From contig CAVVPN010000003.1 in the NCBI GenBank assembly GCA_963750165.1, positions 512,001-576,000 on the forward strand: a DNA stretch of 64,000 bases, in the 5' to 3' direction. Positions 19,417 through 29,039 of the stretch are shown here, one piece after another. The position numbers and the translations under genes were made by a program. Source of the DNA: an uncultured Gemmataceae bacterium (GTDB taxonomy: Bacteria > Planctomycetota > Planctomycetia > Gemmatales > Gemmataceae). Under the pieces are notes generated by a model. It did not search any database. It saw only the letters and a list, made by a program, of their open reading frames with translations, and had not been told where the DNA came from. How positions within the stretch are numbered: position 1 is the first letter of the stretch; every line of letters starts with the position of its first letter.

Positions 19417-19899
19417 TCAAGGTGCCTGTTGTGCCGGCTGGCGGAACAGCACCATATCATGTCGGCGGATGATGACGCCGGGCCGGCTGTCCAGCCGCGG
19501 CCCCATGGTATAGACCCCGAACTTGCCGGTGGTCGTCTCGGCCAGGTACAGCGCCGACTGGCCGTTGGTAACGATGCCGGTCGTCATCAGGAAATGCACG
19601 TTCTGCTTGGGTTGGATGCCGAACTCGCCCACCAGGTCCACCTCCGCCCAGGCGATGATGCGAGCGGTGTTGCGGTCGATGACCGTGCCCAGCAGCTTGC
19701 CGGCACGGTAGTCCAGCAGCCAGACGCCCTCGGTCTGCGCATTCGGCAGGACCGCCACGTGGCCGGTGCAGAGGATGAAGTCCTCATAGCGGTCGTTGTA
19801 GGCGTGGACCTCCTTCGGTTTGCCGACGTACAGCCACACGCCGCCCGCCCCAAGGACGAGCCCTACCAGTAACGCCAACCACTGGTTGAGTCCTTTCAT
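19417..19899 (-). CDS. Hypothetical membrane-anchored/secreted protein
   Basis: N-terminal hydrophobic helix and a protein-like body. Confidence 0.65.
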   Translation of the reverse strand: MKGLNQWLALLVGLVLGAGGVWLYVGKPKEVHAYNDRYEDFILCTGHVAVLPNAQTEGVWLLDYRAGKLLGTVIDRNTARIIAWAEVDLVGEFGIQPKQNVHFLMTTGIVTNGQSALYLAETTTGKFGVYTMGPRLDSRPGVIIRRHDMVLFRQPAQQAP

Positions 19900-20057
19900 G
19901 CCACCGCCTCCGCACGCGCCCGGCAGTCCTGCCGGGCCAGGTCTGCGCCAGCGCCGCCAGCAATCACTATACCAAAGGGACAGCGGCGACACCACTGTTG
20001 TTGGCTCGCCGCGCCAACAGGGTTTACCCTCTTCCTTTTCTGACGAAGGTGCCCCCC

Positions 20058-21113
20058 ATGCGCAATCACCTCGTCCGCCGGTTTGTCGCCCTGCTTTCCG
20101 GGCTGCTGCTGTTCGCGGCCGTGGTGGCCGGCTGCCGCAATCCTCCCGGGCCGCCCCCGGACGAAACGGGGGGCAAGGGCGAGCGCACCGTCTTTTTCTG
20201 TTTCTGGAACGCGGAAAACTTTTTCGACGACCAAGACGATAAGCGCAAGGGCCCGGGCGACAAGGAGTACGACCCCTGGTTCGCCAACCACCCGGAGGTT
20301 CTCAAGTTGAAGCTGGAGAAGCTGACCGAGGCGTTGCTGAAGATGAACGACAGGAAAGGCCCGGACATCATCGCCCTGGTGGAGGTCGAGAGCGTCCGCG
20401 CCGGCGAGTTGCTCAAGGACGCCCTGAACGCCAAACTGGATAAATCCCTGGCGTACACCAGCGTGGTGATGCGGGAGGTGAAAGTGGGCCGGCACATCGC
20501 GCCGTGCGTCATCACCCGGCTGCCGGTGGAGGCGGATCGAACGCAACAGCTCGACAAGAAGATGCGCATCCTGAAGATGCACGTGATAGTGAATGATCGA
20601 GAACTGGTGCTGTTCGTGACGCACTTCACATCGCGGCTGAGCGGCGGCAAGGAGCGGCGGGCGGAGTACGGCAACAAGATTTACGGCGCCTACCGGGCGA
20701 TGGTCACGAACAACCCGAAAGTCGATGTGCTGGTGTGCGGCGACTTCAACGACGGGCCGGACGACGTGAGCATTGTGCAGCACCTGCACGCGGTGGGCGA
20801 CCGTGCGGCGGTGCTGAAGTCGGGCGACGAGCCGAAGCTGTTCAACCTGATGGCGGGCAAGGACGCGAAGGAATACGGCACCTACTACGAGGGCCACTGG
20901 GACATGTTCGACCAGATCATGGTGTCGCCGGGCATGCTGGACCGTCAGGGTTGGTGGTGCGACGAGGCGTCGGTGCGGCCGTTCAAGGAGACGGCGCGGC
21001 CGAAGGACCGGCTGGGCCGGCCGTGGCGCTTCGGCAACCCGAACGACATGGCACCGCGCGGCTACAGCGACCACTTCCCGGTGACGCTGCGGCTGCACGT
21101 GCAGGGCGGCTGA
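20058..21113 (+). CDS. Endonuclease/exonuclease/phosphatase family lipoprotein
   Basis: WNAENFFD, ALVEVE, GDFND, FDQIMVS, YSDHFPV; lipobox VAGC. Confidence 0.9.
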   Translation: MRNHLVRRFVALLSGLLLFAAVVAGCRNPPGPPPDETGGKGERTVFFCFWNAENFFDDQDDKRKGPGDKEYDPWFANHPEVLKLKLEKLTEALLKMNDRKGPDIIALVEVESVRAGELLKDALNAKLDKSLAYTSVVMREVKVGRHIAPCVITRLPVEADRTQQLDKKMRILKMHVIVNDRELVLFVTHFTSRLSGGKERRAEYGNKIYGAYRAMVTNNPKVDVLVCGDFNDGPDDVSIVQHLHAVGDRAAVLKSGDEPKLFNLMAGKDAKEYGTYYEGHWDMFDQIMVSPGMLDRQGWWCDEASVRPFKETARPKDRLGRPWRFGNPNDMAPRGYSDHFPVTLRLHVQGG

Positions 21114-21296
21114 CGCCCTGGCACCGCCGCCCTGCCCAGGGGCAAATTCGGCGAAATCCTGGAATCCTGCTTGTAAAGGCGCGTGTGTGCCTGCTATACT
21201 TTGAGAGGAAAGTGAGTTGGAACCCCCCGCAGGGAGCGATCACTACTCCCTTCGTCGATTCCCACCTGAAGACTCCCAATCAGAAGGAGGAGCCTC

Positions 21297-21443
21297 GTGA
21301 TTGAACTGGGGCTGCCGGAAATGCTGGTCATGGCGCTCGTGGCCGCGACATTCTGCTACCTGCGCTGGCCGTTGCCGAAGGCCGTGCCCTGTGTGGCCCC
21401 TGCCAGGAAAGCCGCTCCCGTCCGCCCGAAGCCGCGCCGCTGA
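21297..21443 (+). CDS. 48-aa small membrane protein, absent from the ORF track
   Basis: AGGAGG RBS and GTG start; MIELGLPEMLVMALVAATFCYLRWPLPKAVPCVAPARKAAPVRPKPRR. Confidence 0.5.
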   Translation: MIELGLPEMLVMALVAATFCYLRWPLPKAVPCVAPARKAAPVRPKPRR

Positions 21444-21604
21444 GGCGCTGGCGCCCGACCGTCAGCCGGAGTTGTTTGCCCGGCCTGAATTCGTGCTTGT
21501 GTTGCAGAATCGAGGGCTGTTATAGTGGCCAGAGAGCGGGTAACGTGGCCCCGCCTGGCAAAGCGGCCCGGTCCAGGTGCCACCGATCGAACGAGGATAC
21601 TCCG

Positions 21605-21907
21605 ATGACATCACTGTTGGCGATCTTCAACCTCGGCACCCCGGAAATCATCGTGCTGCTGGTGCTGGGTGTGCTACTGTTCGGCCGTCGGCTGCCCGAA
21701 GTGGGCCGCTATCTCGGCAAAGGCATTGTGGAGTTCAAGAAGGGCGTCAAGGGTCTGGAAGACGAGATGGACATCAACGGCAACGCCGCCGCCGCGCAGG
21801 CGCCGCAGGTGACCAGTGAGCAGATCCGCGCCCCGCAGCGTGTCGCGGCCACCGCGCCGAAGTTCGAGGACGCCCCCGCGAACATTTCCGCGCCGCCGCG
21901 CGTCTAA
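21605..21907 (+). CDS. tatA: Twin-arginine translocase TatA/E subunit
   Basis: LGTPEIIVLLVLGVLLFGRRLPEVGRYLGKGIVEFKKG. Confidence 0.92.
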   Translation: MTSLLAIFNLGTPEIIVLLVLGVLLFGRRLPEVGRYLGKGIVEFKKGVKGLEDEMDINGNAAAAQAPQVTSEQIRAPQRVAATAPKFEDAPANISAPPRV

Positions 21908-21998
21908 TCCAACGACGACCGGGTTGCCTGTTCCTGTGGTCGGCGGCGGGAGCGTCCGCAACAATGCCGACGACAGCAACAGGCAACCTGCTTTAGCC

Positions 21999-22071
21999 GG
22001 GCGCTTAACTCAGCGGCTAGAGTGCTATCCTCACACGGTAGAAGTCACTGGTTCGAATCCAGTAGCGCCCA
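21999..22071 (+). tRNA. tRNA-Val (anticodon CAC)
   Basis: Acceptor stem GGGCGCT/AGCGCCC, anticodon loop CT-CAC-AC, T-loop GGTTCGAATCC; CCA is not encoded. Confidence 0.95.
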
Positions 22072-22180
22072 CTCAGCTTAAGTCCTTTGCCGAACGCATT
22101 TTAAGCGTACCCATTCGCGGTGAATGGTGCAGCCTGGAAGTGAAAACTTCTCCGTAGTCTACGGAAAACGGGCTTGCATC

Positions 22181-23080
22181 ATGTCCAAACGTACCCCTTC
22201 CCTTTGCCGCCACAAGGCGACCGGCCAGGCCGTCGTGCGGATCGACGGCCGCGATTTCTACTGCGGCGCCTACGGCACCCCCGAAGCCCAGGCCGAGTAC
22301 GACCGCTTGATCGCCGAGTGGCTGAGCAGCGGCCGCTGCCTGCCGGAGGCCGCCGACACGCTGACCGTCAACAAACTGATCCTGGCGCACTGGCGCTGGG
22401 CGGAAGCGTACTATCGTTGGGGCAAGCGCGGCGGTCAATGTCTGCGATATGCCCTGGCAGTCCTCCGCGACCTGTACGGCCACACCCCGGCCAAGGAGTT
22501 CGGGCCGCGTGCCCTGAAAGCGTGCAGGCAACGCATGATCGAAAAGCGCTGGTCCCGCACCTACACGAACACGCAGACGAACCGCATCCGCGGCTGCTTC
22601 AAGTGGGCCGCCGAAGAAGAATTGTTGCCCGGCAGCATCCACCAAAATCTGAACGCCGTGGCCGGTCTTCAGGCTGGGCACACCGAGGCCAGAGAAACCG
22701 AGCGGGTCAAGCCCGTGCCGCAGGAGACGGTGGACGCCACGTTACCGCACCTGCCGAAGCCCGTCCAGGCGATGGTGCGGCTTCAACTCCTGACCGGCTG
22801 CCGGCCCGGGGAGGTGTGCGCCATCCGGCCGGTGGACCTGGACATGAAGAACCCGGCGTGCTGGGTGTACCGCCCCGGCAGCGACCAGGGACCACACGGC
22901 CAGCACAAGACCGCTCATCACGGACACGACCGGCTCATCCTGATCGGCCCGAAGGCCCAGGAGGTGTTGCTCCCGTACCTGGGGACGAAGCTGGACGCCT
23001 ACTGCTTCAGCCCGGCGGAGTCGGAGGCGCAACGCAACGCGGCCAGGAAGGAACGGCGACAGACACCCATGACGCCCAGC
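22181..23080 (+). pseudogene. Tyrosine integrase, C-terminally truncated
   Basis: HKATGQAVVRIDGRDFY, LLTGCRPGEVC and QHKT are present; after TPMTPS the frame runs into unrelated sequence with no HxxR/GH/Y motifs. Confidence 0.85.
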
Positions 23081-23706
23081 GACACGTCGAAGATCATCGG
23101 TTTTCTCCTGTTCGTTCTTGGTAACACGCTTTGCCGTCAGAACCTCCGGAAGGCTACCAATCGTGACGGCAGCGGTGGTGACGGTGGCAGCCCACGCCAT
23201 CGGCGAGTTGGGCGTCCGCGGGTTGTCATTGAGCACGTGGACCCGGCGCTTGAGGTCGCCCCGGCAGGGCGATCCGGTGGTCGCTACTGTGCTGCAACGT
23301 CAGGCCCATGCGCCGACTCCCAGGAAAACCCCCGCGCCCATCCGGGGGCGCCGCGGGAATGGTATCAACGGCCGCTGGCGTTTCAAAAGGGGCGGGGGCA
23401 ACCCCGCCCCGGGATCGCGGCTGACCCAACTGCGGTTTGGAGCGTGATGGCCCCCAATGTCGGGGCTGGGCACCCCGCCCCGGAGTTAGCCCCGCCGCAT
23501 GCTCTGACAGTCACCACCGCAGTGACCCACACTACCCGCGCAGCCAGGGGCGGACGTAGCGGCCTGCGGCTACCCGTTCTGGGCTAGAGTGAGGCCGGGT
23601 CAGCCCCATCCGGGCTGCGGGTCATCGCTTCCGGTTAAGGAAAACCATCACCGTTTGGAAGATGATACTGAGCATCGGCAACGTGAGGCGAGGTCGCTGC
23701 TCGCGG

Positions 23707-24420
23707 TCATATTTCCTTCAGTGTCATGTCACCTTCTTCGGTGCACGCTTTGACGGTGTAATGGGCTCCGTTGTCGAGGCGGTGCTTCTTTGGTGCATCC
23801 CAACCGTTTGCTGTAATGCGGATAGCGTCTCCCGCTGCCAGAGAAAGGCCCGCCGGAGCGTGGACGGCGAAGTGGTCTGCTCGCGGAGGTGATACCGCAC
23901 GAAGCAATTCATCTCCTCCAATTCGGTCGCCTGCTCTAGAAGCTCCCGAATCTCGGTGGGGCTGAAGGACCTCCGTGCCGTCGTATCTTTCCCGATCAGC
24001 TTTCTCAGCTTCCGTCCAAGCCAGCGGCCGAAGCGTCTCGAATGCTCGCTCATCCTTCCACTTCCCTTCCGCCTTCAGCCCGCGGATCTCGGCGGTGATT
24101 CCGTCTTTCTCAACGTGCGTCGGCGCCACGATCAGAACGGGCTTTTTCGTTCACCGCCGCCACGTAAGTCATCGACCTGGAGCTTGTTGCGGTCGAAGAT
24201 CGGCACCCGATGAATGTAGTCCAGATCGATGAGCATGTCACGGGCTTTCAGAAAGTCGCCCGCGTCGCTCGCGGCGCCGGTCTGTTTGTACATTCCTTTC
24301 TGCCTGCGGATGTCCCGCAACTCGGCGGCGGGGAGGTTCGCGTATTCCTGAAGCACGTTGAACATGTTGCCGTGTCGCCCGCCGCTCTTGTGCTGCTTCG
24401 AGTCGCGGCACCGCAAGTGC
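23707..24420 (-). pseudogene. MobF/TraI relaxase-helicase remnant
   Basis: DSKQHKS, LPAAELRDIRRQKG, PTHVEKDGITAEIR, LAWTEAEK, GDAIRITANG, RLDNG, split across frames. Confidence 0.7.
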
Positions 24421-24499
24421 CGACGGATGCCGCGGTCGATGTGACCCAATTATTCTCGCTGCGCGAGAACGCCATCGCCAAGGAACCGGGGGCGCTATG

Positions 24500-26446
24500 T
24501 TAAGCCCTGGCGGTGTGTGTCTCGACTCGGGCGGAAGAATGGTGGCGCAGACTCCCAGGAGTCTTCCCCGTATGTGACTCTGAGCCGGGGAGGTTTTCGG
24601 CCTCATCACTGGTGACCCCGACCCGGGGGCTCCGCCCCCGAGCGCGTGGTTCCCGTTTGCAACAGTGACTCGTGTTTGACCACTGCCGCCTCCCCCGCAC
24701 ACCGCCTCTGGGCACGCCCATTCCTTTCCCGCTCCTGTCCTTTGCGGAGTCCTCCCATGACGGCACCCACGGCCAGACACCCACCCGCCTCCCCGCCTCC
24801 CGGCGCCCAGCCCGCGCAGGCGCCGGCCCACCGCCAGGCCTACCGCCGGCGCAAGACCCGGGCCCAGGACCGGCGCGACGCCCGTCAGCGGCGGGAGGCC
24901 GCCCGGGTCGAGGCCCTCCCCCTGCAACGTCCGCACGCCGCCGGCATCGACGTCGGCTCCCGCTCCCACTGGGTCTGCGTCGGCTTCACCACCGACGCCC
25001 ACTCCGGCTTGATTCAAGAGTTCCCGGGCCACACGGCCGGCCTGCAAGCCGTTGCCGCCTTCCTGCGGGAGCATCAGGTCACCTCGATCGCCCTGGAATC
25101 GACCGGCATCTACTGGATCCCCCTGTACGAACTGCTCCAGGCCGAGGGGTTTGAGGTCCTGCTGGTCGATCCCAGCTACAGCCGCCAATTGCGCGGGCGC
25201 CCCAAGACGGACCGCCGCGACTGCCAGTGGATCTACCGGCTGCACAGCGTCGGCCTGCTGGCGGCGGCCTTCCGGCCCGATGAGCGGACCTGCCAGTTAC
25301 GGGCCTACCTGCGGCAGCGGGCCAACGTGATCCGCCAGGCCAGCCAGCACGTGCAGCACCTGCAAAAGGCGCTGGAGCAGATGAACCTGAAGCTGACGGA
25401 GGTCCTCAGCGACATCACGGGCCTCACCGGGCGGGCCATCCTCCGGGCGATCCTGCGCGGGACGCGGGCGCCGGAGAAGTTGGCCAGGTACCGCGACAAG
25501 CAATGCAAGGCCAGTGAGGTGGAGATCGCCCAGGCCTTGACCGGGTCGTACCGGGAAGAGCACCTGTTCGAGCTGAGGCTGGCCTACGAGGCCTGGCAGT
25601 TCTCCCTGGGGCAAGTGGCGAAGGTGGACGCGCAGGTCGCCCTGCAGTTGGGGCGGATGAAGTGCGACCGCGCCTTGCCGCCGCTGAAGCCGAAGGCGCG
25701 GCCGAAGCGCCGCGCCGACTCGCCCCGCTTCGACGTGCGGACGGCGTTGTACTACGTGGTCGGGTTGGATTTGACGGAGATCGAAGGGGTCAGCGACTTG
25801 ACGGCGCTGACCGTGGTCAGCGAGATCGGCCCGGGGGTGTCGCAGTTCGCGACGGTGAAGCAGTTCTGTAGCTGGCTGGGGCTGTGCCCCAACTGGAAGA
25901 AGACGGGCGGCCGGGTCAAGTCCAGCCGGACGCGCCGGGGGGTGAACCGCGCGGCGCAGGCGCTGCGGCTGGCGGCCCAGAGCCTGCACCACAGCCAGGG
26001 GGCCCGGGGCGGGTTCCTACGGCGCATGAAAGGGCGGCTGGGGGCGCAGGCGGCCGTGACGGCGACGGCGCACAAGCTGGCGCGCATCGTCTACCTGGCG
26101 CTGAAGCACGGCCTGCCGTACGTGCGTCAAAGTCAGGAGGAGTACGAGGCCCAGATGAAAGAGAAGCAGATCAAGGCGCTGTGGCGGAAAGCACGCCAGC
26201 TGGGACTGGACATCGTTGAGCAGGCGGCGGCCGGCGCTCCGGCAGCGGCCGCGGCGTCGGCGCAGGGGTAAAGAAGCGGAAGCGGGTAGCAGAAGTGGTG
26301 GGCCGTGGGGCGGAGGAGGAGGACGAGGAAGGAGAGCCAATCAGACAAGTCCGTGGCCCTGGCGGGGCACCCTGCGCCGAGGAGAACCAGGGAGAAAGAT
26401 CGCCTCGCTGCTCTGGGCAAGCCATCGGTGGGAGGTTCCTTGCAAC
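24500..26446 (+). mobile_element. IS110-family insertion sequence (copy B; ends approximate)
   Basis: ~250-nt structured non-coding leader, transposase, and a 3' tail to GGTTCCTTGCAAC. Confidence 0.6.
24757..26271 (+). CDS. IS110 transposase (different subfamily from copy A)
   Basis: AAGIDVG, ALESTGIYW, KTDRRD, FCSWLGLCP, ATAHKLARIVY. Confidence 0.93.
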   Translation: MTAPTARHPPASPPPGAQPAQAPAHRQAYRRRKTRAQDRRDARQRREAARVEALPLQRPHAAGIDVGSRSHWVCVGFTTDAHSGLIQEFPGHTAGLQAVAAFLREHQVTSIALESTGIYWIPLYELLQAEGFEVLLVDPSYSRQLRGRPKTDRRDCQWIYRLHSVGLLAAAFRPDERTCQLRAYLRQRANVIRQASQHVQHLQKALEQMNLKLTEVLSDITGLTGRAILRAILRGTRAPEKLARYRDKQCKASEVEIAQALTGSYREEHLFELRLAYEAWQFSLGQVAKVDAQVALQLGRMKCDRALPPLKPKARPKRRADSPRFDVRTALYYVVGLDLTEIEGVSDLTALTVVSEIGPGVSQFATVKQFCSWLGLCPNWKKTGGRVKSSRTRRGVNRAAQALRLAAQSLHHSQGARGGFLRRMKGRLGAQAAVTATAHKLARIVYLALKHGLPYVRQSQEEYEAQMKEKQIKALWRKARQLGLDIVEQAAAGAPAAAAASAQG

Positions 26447-26447
26447 C

Positions 26448-26684
26448 TCAGCACCCAACAGCATGACACAAGTACGCTTCGGGGGTCGGGACCGCCGCGC
26501 GCACGGCCATCCGGGCACACCGGTTTTCGAGCCTTTCCCACGCCGACACGGTAAAACACGACATTTCCGCGGTCTCGACCCCTCCCACCGGGGCGCGCAC
26601 TTGCTGCGCGTACAGCGGCAGGGCCCGGGTGCCCGCCGCCAAGGCCGCGCGGGCGACGGTGACAGGGGATTTCGTGGTGAACAT
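26448..26684 (-). pseudogene. Possible internally deleted transposase remnant
   Basis: KSPVTVARAALAAGTRALPLYA resembles N-termini of planctomycete IS4/IS5-type transposases, then degenerates. Confidence 0.3.
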
Positions 26685-26758
26685 GCCCCGTTAGAGAAGC
26701 CTCGGAATCTCATGGATTCCGAGGTTTTCTACGGAGTTGGCGCGGCCCCTTCACAGGG

Positions 26759-27139
26759 CTATTTCTTCTTGGCTTCGCGGAATAGCGGAGCCTGAGCCAG
26801 GGTGAAGAGAACGACTTCCTCGCCGGTAACGGTGCTGATGTCGTGATGCAGGCTCAGCACCTTGACGCCAGTGGCCGCCTGGAGCATGGCCTCCAGGAAG
26901 GGGCGGGCGGTTTCAACCAGCTGAGTCCGGACTTGTTTGAGCAGGTCTCTGCCCTTCTCTGGCGGGAGCGTTTTGACCAGTTGTTGTTCGGCCGCGGTCA
27001 ACACCCCCATGAGACGGACCACGAGCAGGTCAGCGATCAGGTGGGTGTGGATGTCCTTGGGACCACGGCCCATGTACTCCAGTTCAAAGCGGCGCATGCC
27101 CTCGGAGACGGCGGCTTCGATCTCCCCTTGCGTTTTCAT
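26759..27139 (-). CDS. DUF2294 (MpsC-like) family protein
   Basis: GEIEAAVS..FELEYMGRGPK..LVVRLMGVLTAAE..R..L..TGVKVLSLHHDISTVTGEEVVLFTL. Confidence 0.9.
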   Translation of the reverse strand: MKTQGEIEAAVSEGMRRFELEYMGRGPKDIHTHLIADLLVVRLMGVLTAAEQQLVKTLPPEKGRDLLKQVRTQLVETARPFLEAMLQAATGVKVLSLHHDISTVTGEEVVLFTLAQAPLFREAKKK

Positions 27140-27349
27140 GGCAGCCTCAACGAGCCTCCGGTGCCAGTCTCAGGTCTGCACGGGAGAAACGCCCGCACCG
27201 GCGGAACGCGGTCCTCGACTCCAACCAACCTGCATATTATCCGACGCGGGGCCATAATCCACTTGTATTTTGGCTCCTGCCCCGTAGAATAGCTTTGAGA
27301 GGGCTGACATCGCTGATTCTCGGTCGGCCCCGAAATCCCTTGATTTGCT

Positions 27350-27460
27350 GTCGTCGGATGACTTGATAAGGGGCAACCCGGCTGAACCGGGGGGTCCGTT
27401 GACGAGTATGCCGGCGTGGTCGGAATACCCAACGGTGTTCGGCCACGCCGGCTTTTTTTT
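27350..27460 (+). promoter_or_regulatory. Conserved structured leader ending in an intrinsic terminator (copy 1)
   Basis: Stem 27410-27422/27440-27452 plus T8, upstream of DUF2294; homologous to 41260-41369. Confidence 0.75.
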
Positions 27461-27507
27461 CGCAAACGGTGGTGCGGAGCGGCCGTGATCACCAAAGGCT
27501 AAACAGG

Positions 27508-27978
27508 ATGAACCAGTCCAACGCAACCATGGCGCAGCAGATCGCCCAGGCGGCCAGCGCGTTCGAGCGGCGGCGGACCGGACACGGGCCCAGGTCCGTT
27601 ACCGTGGTCCTGAGCGCGGACACGCTGGTGATCACGCTGCACGGCGCCCTGTCGCCGGCGGAAACGGTCCTGGCGAGCAGCCCGGCGGGCGCCGCCCAGG
27701 TCCAGGAGTTTCACCGGCAGTTATTCACGAACTCGTCCGAGGAGTTGCGCCAGGAGATCAAACGGATCACCGGGGTGGAGGTACGCGAGGCCGCCTCGGA
27801 GGTCGAGACGACCACCGGCACCGTCGTCCAGGTGTTCACGACCGGGACCATGGTGCAAGTGTTCCTACTGGCCCACGGGGTGGCGCCGGGCACCTGGAGC
27901 GGGGCCGACCCCGGCGTTTTGGAAAAAGCACCACAGCTCGATGGCGAACTTAAGGGGCAGCGGCCAGGCAGCCTGTGA
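27508..27978 (+). CDS. DUF2294 (MpsC-like) family protein, divergent paralogue
   Basis: FERRRTGHGPRSV..LVITLHGALSPAE..IKRITGVEV..TTTGT..VFLL. Confidence 0.8.
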   Translation: MNQSNATMAQQIAQAASAFERRRTGHGPRSVTVVLSADTLVITLHGALSPAETVLASSPAGAAQVQEFHRQLFTNSSEELRQEIKRITGVEVREAASEVETTTGTVVQVFTTGTMVQVFLLAHGVAPGTWSGADPGVLEKAPQLDGELKGQRPGSL

Positions 27979-28035
27979 CGCGGGAGCGTGTCCCGCGTGG
28001 GGCGAACTCGGCCGAGTCCTTTCCAGGTGTGAGGA

Positions 28036-28332
28036 GTGATGAACATGACCGTGGGTACCCTTCTGAGTTGGATGTTGTGCGGGCTGATCGTGGGGCTGAT
28101 TGCACGCCTCCTGGTCCCTGGGCGTCAGAACATGAGCCTGCTCCTGACGATGGTCCTGGGGATCGTCGGGGCGGTCGTGGGCGGCTTCCTTTACTCGTTG
28201 ATTCAGGGGGTGCCGGCAGAGCCGTTCTCGCTTGCCGGCAACGCCTGGCACGGCTGGATCGTGGCTATCCTCGGGGCCGTGCTCGTGCTCTGGGCTTACG
28301 GGGCCTACTACCCAAGGCGGTGGTGGCAGTGA
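28036..28332 (+). CDS. GlsB/YeaQ/YmgE (transglycosylase-associated) membrane protein
   Basis: [41 protein letters not shown]. Confidence 0.88.
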   Translation: MMNMTVGTLLSWMLCGLIVGLIARLLVPGRQNMSLLLTMVLGIVGAVVGGFLYSLIQGVPAEPFSLAGNAWHGWIVAILGAVLVLWAYGAYYPRRWWQ

Positions 28333-28456
28333 CCTCCGCGTGTGGCGGGCGCCCCGTCCAGGGGGTATCGACGGGGCAACCACGCCTCCCGCCCGCTCCG
28401 GCGCCACCCCGGATTCTCGTGGATTGGACGAAGTCGAAAGGATAATTCCGCAAGCC

Positions 28457-28693
28457 ATGACCACCGAAGCACAAAACGTCAAGTTCCGCCGGCAGATGGC
28501 CAGGCTGACGGCCAGCCGGTTGACTCCCGACAAGGTCAAGATGCCCCCCCGTGAACAAATCCGGATCAAACGGCGCTGCAACCTGTGCGGCCGGGCGCGG
28601 GCGGTGTACCGCAAGTTCGGCATCTGCCGCATCTGCTTCCGCAACCTGGCCAGCGACGGCCTGATCCCCGGCGTCCGTAAAGCGAGTTGGTAA
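28457..28693 (+). CDS. rpsN: 30S ribosomal protein S14, zinc-binding type, extra copy
   Basis: [40 protein letters not shown]. Confidence 0.92.
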   Translation: MTTEAQNVKFRRQMARLTASRLTPDKVKMPPREQIRIKRRCNLCGRARAVYRKFGICRICFRNLASDGLIPGVRKASW

Positions 28694-28721
28694 GCAGATC
28701 ATTCTTCATTGAGGAGGTTCC

Positions 28722-29009
28722 ATGGCCGCCACCACAGCACAACAACAAGAACTGCGCGAGAAGGTTTCGGCCCTGATTCAATTCCGGTTTGAAGGCGATT
28801 ATCGCAAGGCGTTCGACCACTACGACAGTCGCCAAAAAGACGGCAAGATTGACAAAGTCGAGTTGAAACGACTCCTCGCCGACGCCGGCGTTGGCAGCTG
28901 GCTCACGCGGGATGCGTGGGCGGACGGAATCATCACTGCCCTGGACACCGACCAGGACGGTACGATTTCTTCGGTTGAATTTGAGAAGACGTTGCAGGAG
29001 TCGTCCTGA
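28722..29009 (+). CDS. EF-hand protein
   Basis: DSRQKDGKIDKVEL and DTDQDGTISSVEF loops. Confidence 0.82.
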   Translation: MAATTAQQQELREKVSALIQFRFEGDYRKAFDHYDSRQKDGKIDKVELKRLLADAGVGSWLTRDAWADGIITALDTDQDGTISSVEFEKTLQESS

Positions 29010-29039
29010 TATTCTTCCCCGAACTCAAGAGAAACTAGC

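Noticed and set aside
22124..23587. Intact 487-aa integrase
   Set aside because: The last ~170 aa are non-homologous read-through lacking the catalytic HxxR and Tyr.
27350..27460. Assignment to c-di-GMP, ZTP, fluoride, guanidine, RAT or ANTAR elements
   Set aside because: The consensus cores I recall for these do not match; an Rfam scan is still needed.
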